A stretch of DNA of 64,000 nucleotides from Cirrosporium novae-zelandiae (lineage: Eukaryota): assembly GCA_026023565.1 (NCBI GenBank), contig JAPETS010000013.1, positions 124,001 to 188,000 on the forward strand, given 5' to 3'. The stretch's first letter is position 1. The number at the start of each line of letters is the position of its first letter. A program made the position numbers and the translations under genes. Of the stretch, positions 24,989 to 37,750 are shown in pieces. The notes under the pieces were generated by a model, which ran no database searches, was not told the DNA's origin, and was given only the letters and a program-made list of their open reading frames with translations.

Positions 24989-25976
24989 GACTGTACAATT
25001 AAATAAGAAGAGTGGAGTGTGTTGAATTCAAATTGGCTCGAGGGCGAGTTTCTTGACAATGGTAGATATGGTTCCCGCAGTAGAGTCCGGTCAGTATCCC
25101 CGCAGCCGAGGTCCGACTCCGGCCTCAGTTGGGGTTGACTGCGTCATTGATACACAGTCACAAATGGAAATGGAAATGGAAATGGAAAAAATGACTGTTT
25201 CCTGGAGACGAAATTTATTAATTAATTTCATCGTAATTAAGCTCTAATAACAGACATCTCTTAAATACTTCCAGTACCACTGACAAAATCGGCTAGAAAG
25301 AGAAGGTGGAAGATGTCATAATACACGGGCACATGATTGGACAGTATTTGGTATTTCGAACTAGGTGAAAGATCACCAACAAAAAATACTTTGGTATGTC
25401 TTATTCAATAGTCTGACTTTTTCGAACTGATGATCGGGTAAATTCTGAATAGGTTGAAAGATGAAAGAGGGGAGAGAGAGAGAGAAAGGTAATGGTGAAC
25501 AGCTTAGCGTGCCCAATTGTCCCAGAAGTCCCTGGTCCCATAGTCAGTCTATAACTTTGTCCAATCCAATTCAAGCATCAGATGCAATTTTGATATCTTC
25601 CATCATTTGGTGACATATTTTTCACCGAAACAATAGTTTATTCATGTTTAGTCTCGACGCAGCATACTTCTATTTGTTGTCGACCGCTTAATCAGCCCAG
25701 AAAAAATATCCAGATTCAACCTCTTCGGCCATCCATTTCAAGTCTTGGTTGTACGACCACCCTGGAACCTAAAATCACTGTTAAAAGTGAGTGGAAGTGC
25801 TGAATGAGTGCTCCGTAAGTGAGTTTACAATTTAATGCTCGGTCCAAGCGCTTAGAACCTCCCCCAACTTTGACGCAAGCGTAGAAAATCCATGTTTAAC
25901 CTGAACGTGTTTTCTCCTTGGTATTTGGACCTTCACCGCAATCGCGAAAAGTCGCGATGCCCCAGAGGCGCTAGAT

Positions 25977-28900
25977 ATGGAAGTCGCCGTCCAACAACCC
26001 AACATGATCGGAGAAGCAGCCGCATCATTTAATAACCAGCGCTCTGCGTCCACCATGTCCGACCAAGAACCAGAACCTCAAAATTTGTCTCGCCAGAAAA
26101 CAGATTGGGTCTTGCAGCATGCCCCAAATTCAGAAATCGCCCACATCCCCATCGCGGGGTCTGGAGACAGTCCAACAATCCGAGACCAAACGGAGGAAAT
26201 AAAAAACAAAGAGGCTACAAACCATGTAATGGAACCTGCAGATGAAGCCGCGAAGCCTTCGCCATTTGAGGTTCTCATGGGGCCTCCTCATCAACTGTTT
26301 GACGCCCCAGAACCCTTGACCACCACTGTCGCTGAACGCCAGACCGAACTGCATGCCATACTACCCCATCTGTATTCAAATTTGGGCGCAGATCCACGCC
26401 TTCCTCTGTCGACGGAACAAGATGACTACGGTATAGAACAACCTGCCGTCGATCCGGCGCAAATGACCGGCCCCAACCTTTACCATGCCGGCATGGATTA
26501 TTTTGCGGACGCTTCCAACTTCGAATCCAATACATCCGCCATCGAGGTCGAAGATCCACGCATTCAGGCCTTTGCGAAACTAGAGTTTGATGATGGGTTC
26601 TTTTACATGAATACATATTCGATTGAGCTGGGGCGTGATATTCGTGCTGCAAGGATGGCTACAAATATAGAAATTATGGAAACCGGTCAACAATCAGATC
26701 GCAAATCGAAGAGCAAGAGTTCAAGTGGAGGAGATGTGCACACTCCGGCAAGAGTCAAGCGCTCCGGAAGTAGCAGAATGGCCGGGAGCATTATAAGTGA
26801 GGCGGGAGGAATTATAGGGGTCGACTTTCAGGATCAGGAGTCTCGGAAAAAGAAGAAGAGCAAAAAGTCAAAGCAGACAAGCTCAAGCTCTTCCACAGGT
26901 CCCTACCAATATACTGATTATAACACGCTTGCCATGGCCTCGCTGTGTAATTCTAATGGAGATGTCCGTCCGGTGGACCCAGTGTCCCTTCTGCCGTCTC
27001 CGGACGCATGCCCACTCGTTCCAATACATCCTCCAACCAACGTTTTGAACGGGGGCAATGGACACAAGGGTATCTCTAGGAAACATGTCAAGATTGCCTT
27101 TAACTTTGACAAGCACATATTTGAAATCATAATTAAGGGTCGAAACGGGGCCTTTATTGACGATCGGTGGCATGGAAAGGGAGAAGTCCTTCCGCTAAAA
27201 AGTGGCAGTGAAATTCAGATTGGTGGCGTGCATGTTCGATTCTTGCTTCCTCCTAATGTCATGATCGGAGAGACGGGTTCCGACGATAGAGACGGATCCA
27301 GTGAAGTCGAGGATAATAGCATGAACTATGGTTCCGAAGATGGTAGATACAGTAGTCTTTCAACCCCCGAGCCTGAACAGACGGCAGCCGGACATGACGG
27401 CAGAAACGATGGTCAAGAGATTGACAGCGAGGAGGATGAGAGACCCGCAAAGACCAGGGAGCCTGGATCAAAACTACCAAGACTAAAGTTGACCACCAAA
27501 CATAAAAAGAAGAAGAAGAAAACTCCTGAGCCTGAAGTCGAGGAGGAACCTACCACTTATTTTGTTCCGGACGTTGGCGAAGTAAAGGTGCCTAAGAGAA
27601 AGGGCCCTGGCCGACCACCGAAAAACGGTATCATGTCAAAACGAGAGGAAGCGCTTTTGAAGAAAGAGGCCAAGCTAGCTGCCAAGAAAGCAGCGCTTGG
27701 AGAAGCAGCCTCTCCGCCAGGGCCTGGCAAAGCAACAGAACGACAAACAGAAAATAGTGCCGACCTACCTGAGGTGAAGACGGAGAAACGAAAATATACA
27801 AAGAGGAAAAAGCCCGGAGAAGATCAAGGCACAGAACAACAAGAAGGAGAAGGCTCAGTCACTGCAACCGCGGTCCCCGAAGGATCTACGCCCAATCCAC
27901 CAAAGGAAAAGAAACCCTCAAAACCTCCCCGGTCTCCATCTCCAGTTTTCGATGTGGATAAACTGACACCCGAACAATTGGAAAAGCCACAGGCCAACTA
28001 TGTTGTTCTCATACACGAAGCGTTATCAAATGCCAAGGCCCAAGGTCGACCTGGACTGGCTCTACCCTCAATATATCGTGCCATTGAAAGAAAATACCCA
28101 TACTTCAAGGTACGGGTACAAACTGTTGGTTGGCAAAGTAGTGTCCGTCACAATTTGTCTCAGCATGCTGCTTTTGTCAAGCTTGAACGCGATGGGAAGG
28201 GATGGATATGGGGCATCGATCCTAATGTATCCATAGAGAAAGAAAGGAAAAGACGGCCCTCTCCCCCGCTACCAGTGCCGCCTCAGAACTATCTTGGCCA
28301 AGGACCATATGCACGTCCACCGATGCAATATCCACTACAGCCTAATATCAATGGCCCTTATTCGGGCATCGGGCAGACCCAACCGATGATGGGTCCTGCA
28401 GGTACCCAGGCGACGGGTCAAGGTGCAGCATCAAATCTAAGTGGTGCCCCCGGGCCTTCAAGTTACTCTTTGCCAAATCCATCTCAGCCATCATCCTCTG
28501 CATACACTTCACCTTATGGTCCGCCTCCCCAAAACCAGATTCAACCTGCTCAGATCCAGCTTGCTCAACAGACATCACAACCCACGCAATACCCTCCACA
28601 GAATTATCATCAACCCTCATATTCACAACAGGGAGCACCATATCAACCCATACAGACCGCGTCACGCCCAAATCCAACACCACCTCAAAATTCTCCGCCC
28701 TCGAATCCTTCACCAAAACCCCAACCCTCAGAATCATCAACATATAATCAAGTCTCCTTTGAGGATATGCTCCGTGAGAGAAGAGAAGCCACTCTTGTGA
28801 CATTTAAGGAGGTTTTCTTGGACTCCATGGCAAACAAGGTTCGCGGGAAAGCACAACTAGATTCTGCTATCGACCGTATCCTAGGGAAAACCACAGAATC

Positions 28901-29606
28901 TCGCGTACCTGGTGGAGAGGACAAAACAGAACATGAAATTATGATTGTTCTTCGGGGCATGTTTAAGAGCTTAGATATGCAGACCAGACAACAGTTTAAC
29001 AAGCTGCAGCAAAAGCGGCAGCTACCATTTTCAAGACCACAGTTTTACACTGAGCCAGCTCAGCAGGAATATCAGCCTAGCTCTCAGGGTGGAACTTCTC
29101 AACTCCTGCTACAATCACCGCAAACCTCGCAAAGCTCCCAACTGCCAGTGGCCCAACAATTACAAAACACTGTGTCTGTGCAACCGCAACAGCAAGAAAA
29201 TCAACTTTCTCCGCCTCTTCATATACAACCAGGTCTCACTTCGGCAGAACAATTTACAAGACTGCTTCAGGCAGCTGTAAAGGACCCTCCCCCAATTACG
29301 GTGCCTACAACCCCTGAACTATTGCCGAATGTGCAATCCTCTACACAGCCCCAAACATCTGCATCCGTCAAGCCAGAACCCCCTTCAGCACCTTCTCCTT
29401 CGCTCACACCAACACCTGTGCATGAAAGTTTCTCCTTCCCAACAGCAAACATGAGCACACCAAACGGAACACATCCAACAAATCAAACCAACGAACCACC
29501 CAACGAGCCAGTCCTCGATACCACCAGGAAGAGAAACCTAAGTGACGCAGGAATGTCAACATTGGAGGTAGAGCAACCCCAAACCAAGAAAGTTGCGGCC
29601 GCTTAA
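25977..29606 (+). CDS. FHL1: Forkhead + FHA domain transcription factor (Fhl1-like), intronless
   Basis: Split FHA domain (IQAFAKLEFDDGFFYMNTYSIELGR ... GISRKHVKIAFNF...GRNGAFID...IQIGGV), AT-hook-like GPGRPPK, forkhead KPQANYVVLIHEAL...IYRAIERKYPYF...GWQSSVRHNLS, Q/P-rich C-terminus. Confidence 0.85.
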   Translation: MEVAVQQPNMIGEAAASFNNQRSASTMSDQEPEPQNLSRQKTDWVLQHAPNSEIAHIPIAGSGDSPTIRDQTEEIKNKEATNHVMEPADEAAKPSPFEVLMGPPHQLFDAPEPLTTTVAERQTELHAILPHLYSNLGADPRLPLSTEQDDYGIEQPAVDPAQMTGPNLYHAGMDYFADASNFESNTSAIEVEDPRIQAFAKLEFDDGFFYMNTYSIELGRDIRAARMATNIEIMETGQQSDRKSKSKSSSGGDVHTPARVKRSGSSRMAGSIISEAGGIIGVDFQDQESRKKKKSKKSKQTSSSSSTGPYQYTDYNTLAMASLCNSNGDVRPVDPVSLLPSPDACPLVPIHPPTNVLNGGNGHKGISRKHVKIAFNFDKHIFEIIIKGRNGAFIDDRWHGKGEVLPLKSGSEIQIGGVHVRFLLPPNVMIGETGSDDRDGSSEVEDNSMNYGSEDGRYSSLSTPEPEQTAAGHDGRNDGQEIDSEEDERPAKTREPGSKLPRLKLTTKHKKKKKKTPEPEVEEEPTTYFVPDVGEVKVPKRKGPGRPPKNGIMSKREEALLKKEAKLAAKKAALGEAASPPGPGKATERQTENSADLPEVKTEKRKYTKRKKPGEDQGTEQQEGEGSVTATAVPEGSTPNPPKEKKPSKPPRSPSPVFDVDKLTPEQLEKPQANYVVLIHEALSNAKAQGRPGLALPSIYRAIERKYPYFKVRVQTVGWQSSVRHNLSQHAAFVKLERDGKGWIWGIDPNVSIEKERKRRPSPPLPVPPQNYLGQGPYARPPMQYPLQPNINGPYSGIGQTQPMMGPAGTQATGQGAASNLSGAPGPSSYSLPNPSQPSSSAYTSPYGPPPQNQIQPAQIQLAQQTSQPTQYPPQNYHQPSYSQQGAPYQPIQTASRPNPTPPQNSPPSNPSPKPQPSESSTYNQVSFEDMLRERREATLVTFKEVFLDSMANKVRGKAQLDSAIDRILGKTTESRVPGGEDKTEHEIMIVLRGMFKSLDMQTRQQFNKLQQKRQLPFSRPQFYTEPAQQEYQPSSQGGTSQLLLQSPQTSQSSQLPVAQQLQNTVSVQPQQQENQLSPPLHIQPGLTSAEQFTRLLQAAVKDPPPITVPTTPELLPNVQSSTQPQTSASVKPEPPSAPSPSLTPTPVHESFSFPTANMSTPNGTHPTNQTNEPPNEPVLDTTRKRNLSDAGMSTLEVEQPQTKKVAAA

Positions 29607-29609
29607 GGC

Positions 29610-32250
29610 ATCTAAAAAAAAGAGAAGCAGACTTTACGAACCATACGCATGAATGAATTTTTTGACCAAGAATAGAAAAAATTAAATCATGGTATTGAAG
29701 AGGCGTTTTTTTACAGTTTGAATTTTTTTGAAAACGGCTCTTTTTTTTTTTTTGACGGAGTGAAAAGGTTTTGTTCCTTTTATGGAATTAATATCGGGAT
29801 AGGTTTTTGTCTTTTTCGTCTTTTTTTGTTTTTTCAGCAAATGCATATAATCTTGGGTTTTTTGGGAGGATAAGGGGGGAAGGAATGGTTGGAGGCGTTT
29901 AGAGTTAATACCTTACCTCGTTAGCTGAGCTTACTTACGTGCCTTATGTGCCTTACCCTTAGGTATCTTTAGATATCTTGGGCATTTTGGGCACATACAT
30001 ACCTAGCATAACATGCATACCTAGATAGGTATATACATACAATACAATGCCTACAAACATACATACATACTTAGCACCTAGACCTAGTATATCATACTAG
30101 TCTGTATCGTAGTATAGCATGCCTATATAGGAGAAGAACACACTAATACCAGCGTAACTAATTTAATCACTAGTCTAGCGCTCTTGGGAATCGAACCCAA
30201 CTTGGTATTTATGGTATTTATGGTATCTAACAATTGGTACTATACATAACTCCGTACCCATATAAATACTAGAAGTACGGAGCTACATACCCCAGGTCTA
30301 GGTCCAGCCCTCATCTCATGAAAAAGAAAGCAGAGGTAGAAAGCAGAAGAAGGAAAAAAAAAAAAAGAAAGAAAGCAAGAGAAGAAGAAAAAAAAGCCTC
30401 GTCCTCGTCCCTCCCTATCTCTCCCTATCATAATTTTTTTTTCAAAAAAAATAAAAAATAAAAAATATCGTTATAGGAGAGAGAGAGAGAGAGTAAACGG
30501 ATCGAGTTTGTATATCCATTATAGATTTATAATATATACATACATATATACATATATACGTCTACAAAAATACTGAAAACCCCAATCCAAGCCAACACTC
30601 TCATTTTTTACTTACTCACTCACTCTTTAACCCAATTGACTTAACTAAACCAAAAAAAAAAAAAAAAAAAAAAATAAATGGAAACGTTTGGGTATATATA
30701 TATATATAATTATATAATTAACCTAGGCTGTGTTCGCTGCTGTAATGTTAAGAATTGGAAGAAGAAGAAGAAGAAGAAGAAGGGGGGAATAGATATAGAT
30801 AGATAGATAGATATTTTGTATATTTCTTTTTGATTGATTGATTGATTGATTTATTTCCTTGGGTATTTTGGTTGGAAAGAAAAGAAAAAGAAAAAGAAAA
30901 AGGAAAAGGAAAAGGAGGGAGTTATTGTAGTATTATAGTAGAGAGGAGACCTGAACTTGAACCTGACCTTGTTTCCCCCCCCTCCCTAGCCCTACCCAAC
31001 TAACCCAATCGGCTCCCTACCCCCCTACCCAGCCCTCTATATAGCCTGATTCCCTAGTTCCCTAGGTAGAATGCGATTTTGAGATTTTGATTTAATCAAG
31101 TCCTACATTGTTTACTTTATCCACTATAGTGTTTGAATTTGGATTTGGGATTTGGGATTTGGGATTTGGACGAGGTGGGGGGGGGTTAGATAAGATTAGA
31201 TGTAGGGGTTTGGTGGGGGTTCTGGAGGGGGATGGAGGGAAGAGAATGGGGATGGGAAGGGGAGTTGCGTGTGTTGTTGGATGCGTGTGTTGGGGAGGGA
31301 GGGGTGGTGGATGTAGATAGGATATAGGTAGAATAGGATATATGACATTTCCAGGGCGCAAACCCCCTCTCACAAAAGCCAGCAACAACCTTCCCTTCCC
31401 TTCCCTTCCCATACCATTATTCCCTACCCATCCAAAAAACCCCATATATCCTTAATTATCCTAAATAAATAAAAGAATGCATTAAAGGTAGCACTGTCCT
31501 GTATATTGTTTTTGAGCACACAAATATGTATGGTGGGGGTTGGTTAAGATAAGATAAGACGTTTGGGTTGGTGGGAGATGGGAGATGTGGTTGGGATATG
31601 GGATATGGGAAATGGGAATGGGAATATATTTTTGGAATTGGAATATGGGAGGTAAGGGGAGTTCTGGGGAAGGGAGGAAGCGGGCCGCGCCGGGGGGTAT
31701 TGAGTTGTCGATTTAATTAGAACATGTTTTAGGAAAGAAAAAGGATGATATATAATATAGATTACCTGGTATAGATATATATCAAGTATATCGAACACAC
31801 ACATGTTTTTTTGTTGTTTTTTGTGTTTTTTTTAATACTTTCATTTCTAACAAGTCAGTCAGTCATTCGGAAACAAACAATACCTGTCTGTCTGTCTGTG
31901 TCTGCCTCTCTGTCTGTCTGTCTCTCTGTCGCGCTTTGAGTGTCCGTCCATCCATCTGTCCTAAAACCCATTTGATGATAATGGTGTTGGTGATGATTGA
32001 TAACAAAAACCATGTGTTAAAAGAGAAGAATCAGTAAAAAAAAATGCCCCCAAAATCAAACACCTCCCTCCCTTACCATATCTCCTTGGTTCATTCAGGT
32101 TCGAGAACTCGGTTTCCCCTTCCTTCCCTTCCCTCCGAAAACACCTGGTGTTTGTGTATGTAAGTTGAAAGTAGTAAGTAATGTAATGGTAGTTGATTGG
32201 GGAAAGGGATGCGGTGATTTCCCTCCAGCTTTCGAGATAATGCGGACGAT
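29610..32250. repeat. Low-complexity, microsatellite-rich block between convergent FHL1 and SNF7
   Basis: (CATA)n, (GA)n, poly-A, (GAA)n ~30758-30782, (GATT)n, (GGGATTT)n, (TCTG)n. Confidence 0.9.
30184..30200 (-). promoter_or_regulatory. Isolated tRNA T-arm / Pol III B-box (possible extra-TFIIIC site or tRNA remnant)
   Basis: Minus strand TTGGG-TTCGATT-CCCAA: perfect 5-bp stem with 7-nt T-loop matching GGTTCGANTCC; no A-box, D-arm or acceptor partner found nearby. Confidence 0.45.
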
Positions 32251-32290
32251 TACAAGGTAAAATATTCGAGTGGCAAAAAGGTGGGAGGTA

Positions 32291-33185
32291 TCACATGGCC
32301 ATTTCGGCTTGAAGCTTTCGTAATTCTTCCTCTTCGTCTTCTTCTGCAGGTTCTTTGCCTTTGACTGGTTTTTGTTAGTTGATTCGGGGGGGGAGTATTT
32401 ATAAAGGGATGATGAGGTTGGGTGAATGCTTACGAGGACCGTTTGATACTGATGGTAGTCTATCCACCGGGACGGTACCAGATTTCAGCATTCTTTCATC
32501 CATGGCCTCTTGTTCTAGGCCCTCAAGTTCATTTTCGAGGTCGTCTTCATCTATGGGTTCGCCTATCGGCGTGCTGGTGATGGCGTTGCTGATTTCTTGA
32601 CCTAGTTGATGTTGTTCTCGTAATTCGTCCCTGTTTAGGATTCGTTAGGATTGGCCGAAGGCTTCTACGACGGGGGAGGATGGGAGTGGCGGGGCATGTT
32701 ACGTACATGGTTTGGTCTATCTTGTCCATGGTGAGACCGCCGTGGATGGTCTTCATGGCTTTGCCGGCCTTTTGCATCGCTAGGAGGGTTTCTTGGTTGA
32801 TGTTGGCTGATTCGATCGAGTATATCTGCTGTTCGAGCTGTGAGATCATGCCGCTGGTCTCGTTGAGGGAGCGCTCTTGTTGCTTCTTGCGTCTGAGGGC
32901 GGCTTTGGCAACTGTTGAGTAGAATCAAAGAATCAGTGTGATCCTTGTATATCCTGCGCCTTATCTAAATAGAGCGGGAAAAACAGCCGGGAGGGGCTCA
33001 CCGTTCTTGTTTGTCGACACGTTCTTGCGGGCAATAGCGTCTTGCTCATTTATCTGGTTCTCAAGATGCTTTTCTCTCTTCTGTAACATATCAAGTTGCT
33101 GCCGTAGTCCAAGGATGGCGTCTTTGGGAGCATTTTTCCTCTTCTGTGCACCACCTCCAAACCACCCCATTCCCCATGAGCTCAT
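32291..33185 (-). CDS. SNF7: ESCRT-III subunit Snf7/Vps32, 4 exons
   Basis: MSSWGMGWFGGG..PKDAILGLRQQLDMLQKREKHLE, AKAALRRKK, QLEQQIYSIESANINQETL, DELREQHQL, EDEEEELRKLQAEMAM*. Confidence 0.95.
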
Positions 33186-33906
33186 TTTCGATGTATAGTT
33201 GTTATGTCTGCGGAGAGGGGCGGGATAGTATTTAGGGATGTTGCTCCTGACAGCAGAGCCAGAGAAGAAAGGATGCTGTGCTCAGATTCTGAATCTGTGA
33301 CAGGTGGGTTGTCCGTGTCAGGTGGGGGGATTGTTCTTCCGACTCGAAATATTTTGTAGCGACAAAGAACCCTGGAGGTAAGGTGAATTAGTTTTTCGTT
33401 GAATGTCAGGCTATGTTTATTTGCAATGCAATCGATTTCCTAGACGGTTCGGGGAATCGAAGTTATAGTGTTGCCTGAGATTGGTTGTTGAATTGCACAT
33501 CACTGCACTCCAAGTTCATGACAGTATCTCGCTAATGATAATGCCTGTCACGTGCTATATATGGGGCTACTGGTCCCAAAATAAACAGGACTCACAAACT
33601 CGGATTTTTACTCCGGATAATCTTGTTAAACCCTCTTGTGCTGGGGATAGAGTATTACAGTTATTGCTTTTTAATAAAAAATATTTAATAATCGCAAATC
33701 ATTAGTTTGTGTTGAAAGCCTTTTTGGAAAAATAATAGTAAAAAAAGAAAGAAGAATTTAGGAGTCGGCTTATTTTGGGACCGCGTGGGAGCCTGAGGCA
33801 TAAACCAACCGGCATTGTTCCGCTGGCGTCATTCCTACAGACCTTCCACGTGCCTTGATATATATAGCTCTATCTACTTTTGTTCCCCCTATTTATCTGA
33901 TCCAGG

Positions 33907-34366
33907 ATGAGTGCTGGAAATGGTCCAACGCCTATACGCTTGGTATTTCTATCTGATCTCCCAGGAATCAAAGTTGGTACCAAGGTACGATTCCTTGGAT
34001 GGTAAGATATATTCATAAAGCCACTCATTATCGCCGGAATAAGCTAACTCCAAATTTAGTGTAGAACATTACTCGAATGATACTGGTGAATTGGTTCTTA
34101 AACACGACCTGCAGAATTCACAAGCTCCTAATGTCTTTGCTTGTGTCAATATAGACCTCGTCCTATCAAGTATGACATGGTCGGACTTTAGTATTGGAGA
34201 ATGGATTAATATAGTTGGCTATATTGTGGAAGCAAAGAATGGACGAAAGTCCTCTACTATAAAACGGGTTGATGTTCAAGCTATTTTGCTATGGTCTGCC
34301 GGCGCCATTAATTTGGTGGAATATGAAGAGTCCTTAAGGGAGCATCTTCAACTGATGGAAAAATGA
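33907..34366 (+). CDS. TEN1: Telomere-capping CST complex subunit Ten1 (exons 33907-34001, 34060-34366)
   Basis: MSAGNGPTPIRLVFLSDL...KVRFLGC|VEHYSNDTGELVLKH...VNIDLVL...IGEWINIVGYI...VDVQAILLWSAG matches fungal Ten1; GTAAG..CTAAC..TAG intron. Confidence 0.85.
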
Positions 34367-36174
34367 CATGTTCGCAAAGAGTCACTTCAGCCAAACCTCA
34401 ATGACCTAGGAATACTACTCTATATGCACTGGAACAAGATGACACTCAGCATGCATTCTATCAAATTCAACCGAGGTGGATATAAAGTGTACAACCTGCG
34501 ATGGGAAATACCCTCATGAGGTATCTTTACAACATACCAAATGTCGGAATATCGTTCACATTCTACATGATTATAAGGTCGGCTTGGGGCTTATATTTCT
34601 CAATGTCGAGATGTTAACTCGATCAGCTGGGAGTATTTGCAAATGGCCCCTAGGAGAGATGTCCATGTTGGTGCTTCATTAAAACCTTTTGCTTATTTTT
34701 AATGAGCCTATCAAGGTGCGGGGTAGATGCTTTTAAAACCGTACTTACCAAGTAGGATCCAACTCCTATTTTATGTCTCAGGTCAAATGGCTGAATTTTG
34801 CTACCGCAACTCGCTTGCAAAAGCTTTGAGTACACATCCCCTTCTGGAAATTTATATTTGGTTAGAACAGTTACACCAATATAAACACTAATGAAACCTA
34901 GCTAATGTTCGTACATGACAGCTCTTTCATCTTTCCTTTTCCGCATTGGTTCTCTAGCATCTTAATCTCTTATCTTGGATATGGTTATCTAGGATACTTG
35001 AATAATACTTGGAACTATTAAGCGCCAGGTCTCATCGAAATATGTCTTACTAGTGGCCAAAGCTTAGTATTGATCTAGCCATCGAAGTTCGACTAGACTA
35101 TAGTCTCGATCATACCGTGCATCTTTCACAGCTACCAGGTCTCAAATTCTCGAAAACTGGCCCTGCAGATCTTGTCCGTCACCACACCTACCTTATGAGC
35201 TACGCAGATCTTAAGATCTGGTTAGACTTGGATGTCCATATGAACCTTTACTCGAGAATTCTCTAGATTTATCCGCAAATCATGTTCCAAGATCCTTTGC
35301 TCTTGGCGTTACTAACAAGGCGTGGAAACGTGGGTAAATTCATAAAACTATACCAAATACTACCATCGTGAATCCAACCTCTTGGATCTCAAGGCTGTGG
35401 AATGGTCTCAGCTATGATAAAAAGATCTCCTTGGATTGTTAGTTCTGAACTAACATCTCAAACTCTCGATCTGCTTTCTTCTTTGACTTGAATTTGTTCA
35501 GGAATGAGACAAATATATTCTTGGTATATGCTTGGCACTTGATAAATGTCGTGGTTCTTGAATATTGGATTTCAATTCATATTCATTTTGACATGAGCGT
35601 GTTAGATCTGTCTTTGGTTTTAATACGTGGCGATTAATGACCTTTACTCTGCTCCAAGCAATCCTACTATGTGTTTGTCTCGGCTTTATCTATTATGTCT
35701 ATAGAGCACTTTGTCTATAATGATCTTTATTATCTGGAAGCGAAGCCATCTATCACTCGAGGAATGATGAATGAACGATGCGTTCCTCTAGCGTGGTTAG
35801 CCGCAAGATCCAAACGAATGTCCGTATTCCACATGCTGTTTGAGAATGCAACCTTCATCTATTCATAAAATCTATCTCTTTTCTTGTGCATATTAATCCT
35901 CTATTGGACTTTGCCGCCACCACTCCCAAGGCCATTGAAAGTTATGCTATATAAAGTACCTGTTTCCCTTAAGGATATTGCTGTATGCTCTAGTTATATT
36001 TTCTTATTCTATTCCTACCTGTGCTTTACTCCTTTTTTGATAATTATTGGACTAAAACTTGACTTCAAATATTAACCAAGTCTCCCCAAAATTCAAGATC
36101 CCCGTCCCTAAATAGAAAAGGGAGCAATCTGCTGCCTCAGAGTACGAGGCTAATACGCTTGTTCGGTGCTCGGG

Positions 36175-37750
36175 ATGGACTCTTTTAAATCTTATATTAT
36201 GTCGGTGATGAAGGGTCCCAACTCGCCTCCATCAACCACATCAGCCCAAGGGACAGAAAATAATCCCTTATTGCAAACTCCAGGCTATGCCGATACCACC
36301 ACTCCTCAGCTGCCAAGTCGCTCACCTTCAATATATCCAGCTAGCGATTCTCTGAATCCTACAGCGGAGGATATCACCGAACTCAAAGGCGATATTATGA
36401 TCAATTGGCTATACCAACAACAATTATCACTTCAGTGGTCAAAAGGGGGAGCAGAGGAGGGCATAGTTTTGAAAATAGGCCGAGAAACATTTATCTGCTG
36501 TCCCGAGAACCTTTGCCAGTTTCAATACGGTTTCTACGATGCAATCTGTGCTCTAAATGTCCCGGTTTGTTCAAGGCCCTCCTCGTCTACCCCCTGCCCA
36601 CCTACTAATTATTTTTCATAGGTTGCAATGACCGTGAATACCAGAGTCATCAAACTCTTCCTCAGGGATAACGATAAAAATTCCGTCTCATTACCAGATG
36701 GCCTTCACCTTCAAGTTCTCCCTAGCATTATGCATCTCCCCCATTGTCAAAAGCATCACTATGCAGTATTTATAGAGGATGTCGGAATTCTGGTTGTTTG
36801 GGATGATCAACCACGGTATCTTCTTCAGAGAGCGCAAAGTATTGAACAACAGTTGCTAGAACTGGTGTGGGAAGGAGAAAGGACGTTTAGTGAGAAGCCG
36901 TCGACTAGCAAATCAACCAAATACCCTTATTGCGGAATCAGGGCTCTATATTGGAGGTTCCTCTATAGAAGGCGTCGTTGAACCCCAAGAAGTATGTCCG
37001 CCATAGCTTATAAGCGACATGTGGACAATAAAATGGATCATGATCGAATCCTAAGAAGAACTATACTAACTCAAGCTATCATGACAACCACGGCTATGAT
37101 ATCGGTCTCTGCCTCTGGCTTATGGATGGAAACGTACTACAATCAAGACTACCATGGACAAAAGTTGGCTCAGGACTCCCTTTCCTAGCCGTCGTTCCCA
37201 GCCGTCATTCCGTTCCAACTATGACTTGCTCTAGTAAATCTAGCAATCAATCAAACCTGTCCTTATCTTTCATTGAAAACGTCCTCCTAGTTCCTCATAC
37301 AATATAGCGTAGGTAACATGATCTAAATAACTAACCTTACTACTCAAGCTACCAAAAACCCAAAGTTCGTTTCCAGGCTCGCACCCCTTACTCTTGAATC
37401 AAGAGATCCTCCACAACTCCACACGTAATAATTTAACATCCCGTCTACGCCTCTAAAGCCGACCTCAACTCAGAGATGCGATCAAACCGACAATCCTGTC
37501 CATTTCAACTCATAGAATGCAAGGAAGATCAGATGAAGACACCCAGGCACAGAAAAGGAGTTGTATAACGAAAACAACATCACCTTCGTCGCAAGACCAA
37601 GACTCAAACACAACCCCAGACCTGCCAACAGCGAGGAGCCATCTATCCATTCATTTATCCGTGCTAACCCCCCCGACCCTCAAAAAAACTTCAAACATGA
37701 ACCACACAAGCATACACACACACATACACTGTCAGCGAACTCTCAGATTA
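36175..37750 (+). pseudogene. Decayed fungal family-2 glycosyltransferase gene
   Basis: Intact 5' part (DIMINWLYQQQ..W..EGIVLK..FICCP, intron 36565-36621, AMTVNTRVIK..DGLHLQVLP..CQKHHYAVFI..LVVWDD), stop at 36979-36981, then broken motifs in shifting frames: PHVII*HPVY ~37420-37450, YNENNITFVARP..KHNP, KKTSNMN ~37682-37700. Confidence 0.75.

Noticed and set aside
30145..30270. Complete tRNA gene
   Set aside because: Only the T-arm is present; no D-arm, anticodon arm or acceptor-stem pairing could be built.
34400..36100. Possible degenerate gene or transposon between TEN1 and the GT2 pseudogene
   Set aside because: Only short ORFs, and I could not recognise any motif, terminal repeat or target-site duplication; needs blastx or RepeatMasker.
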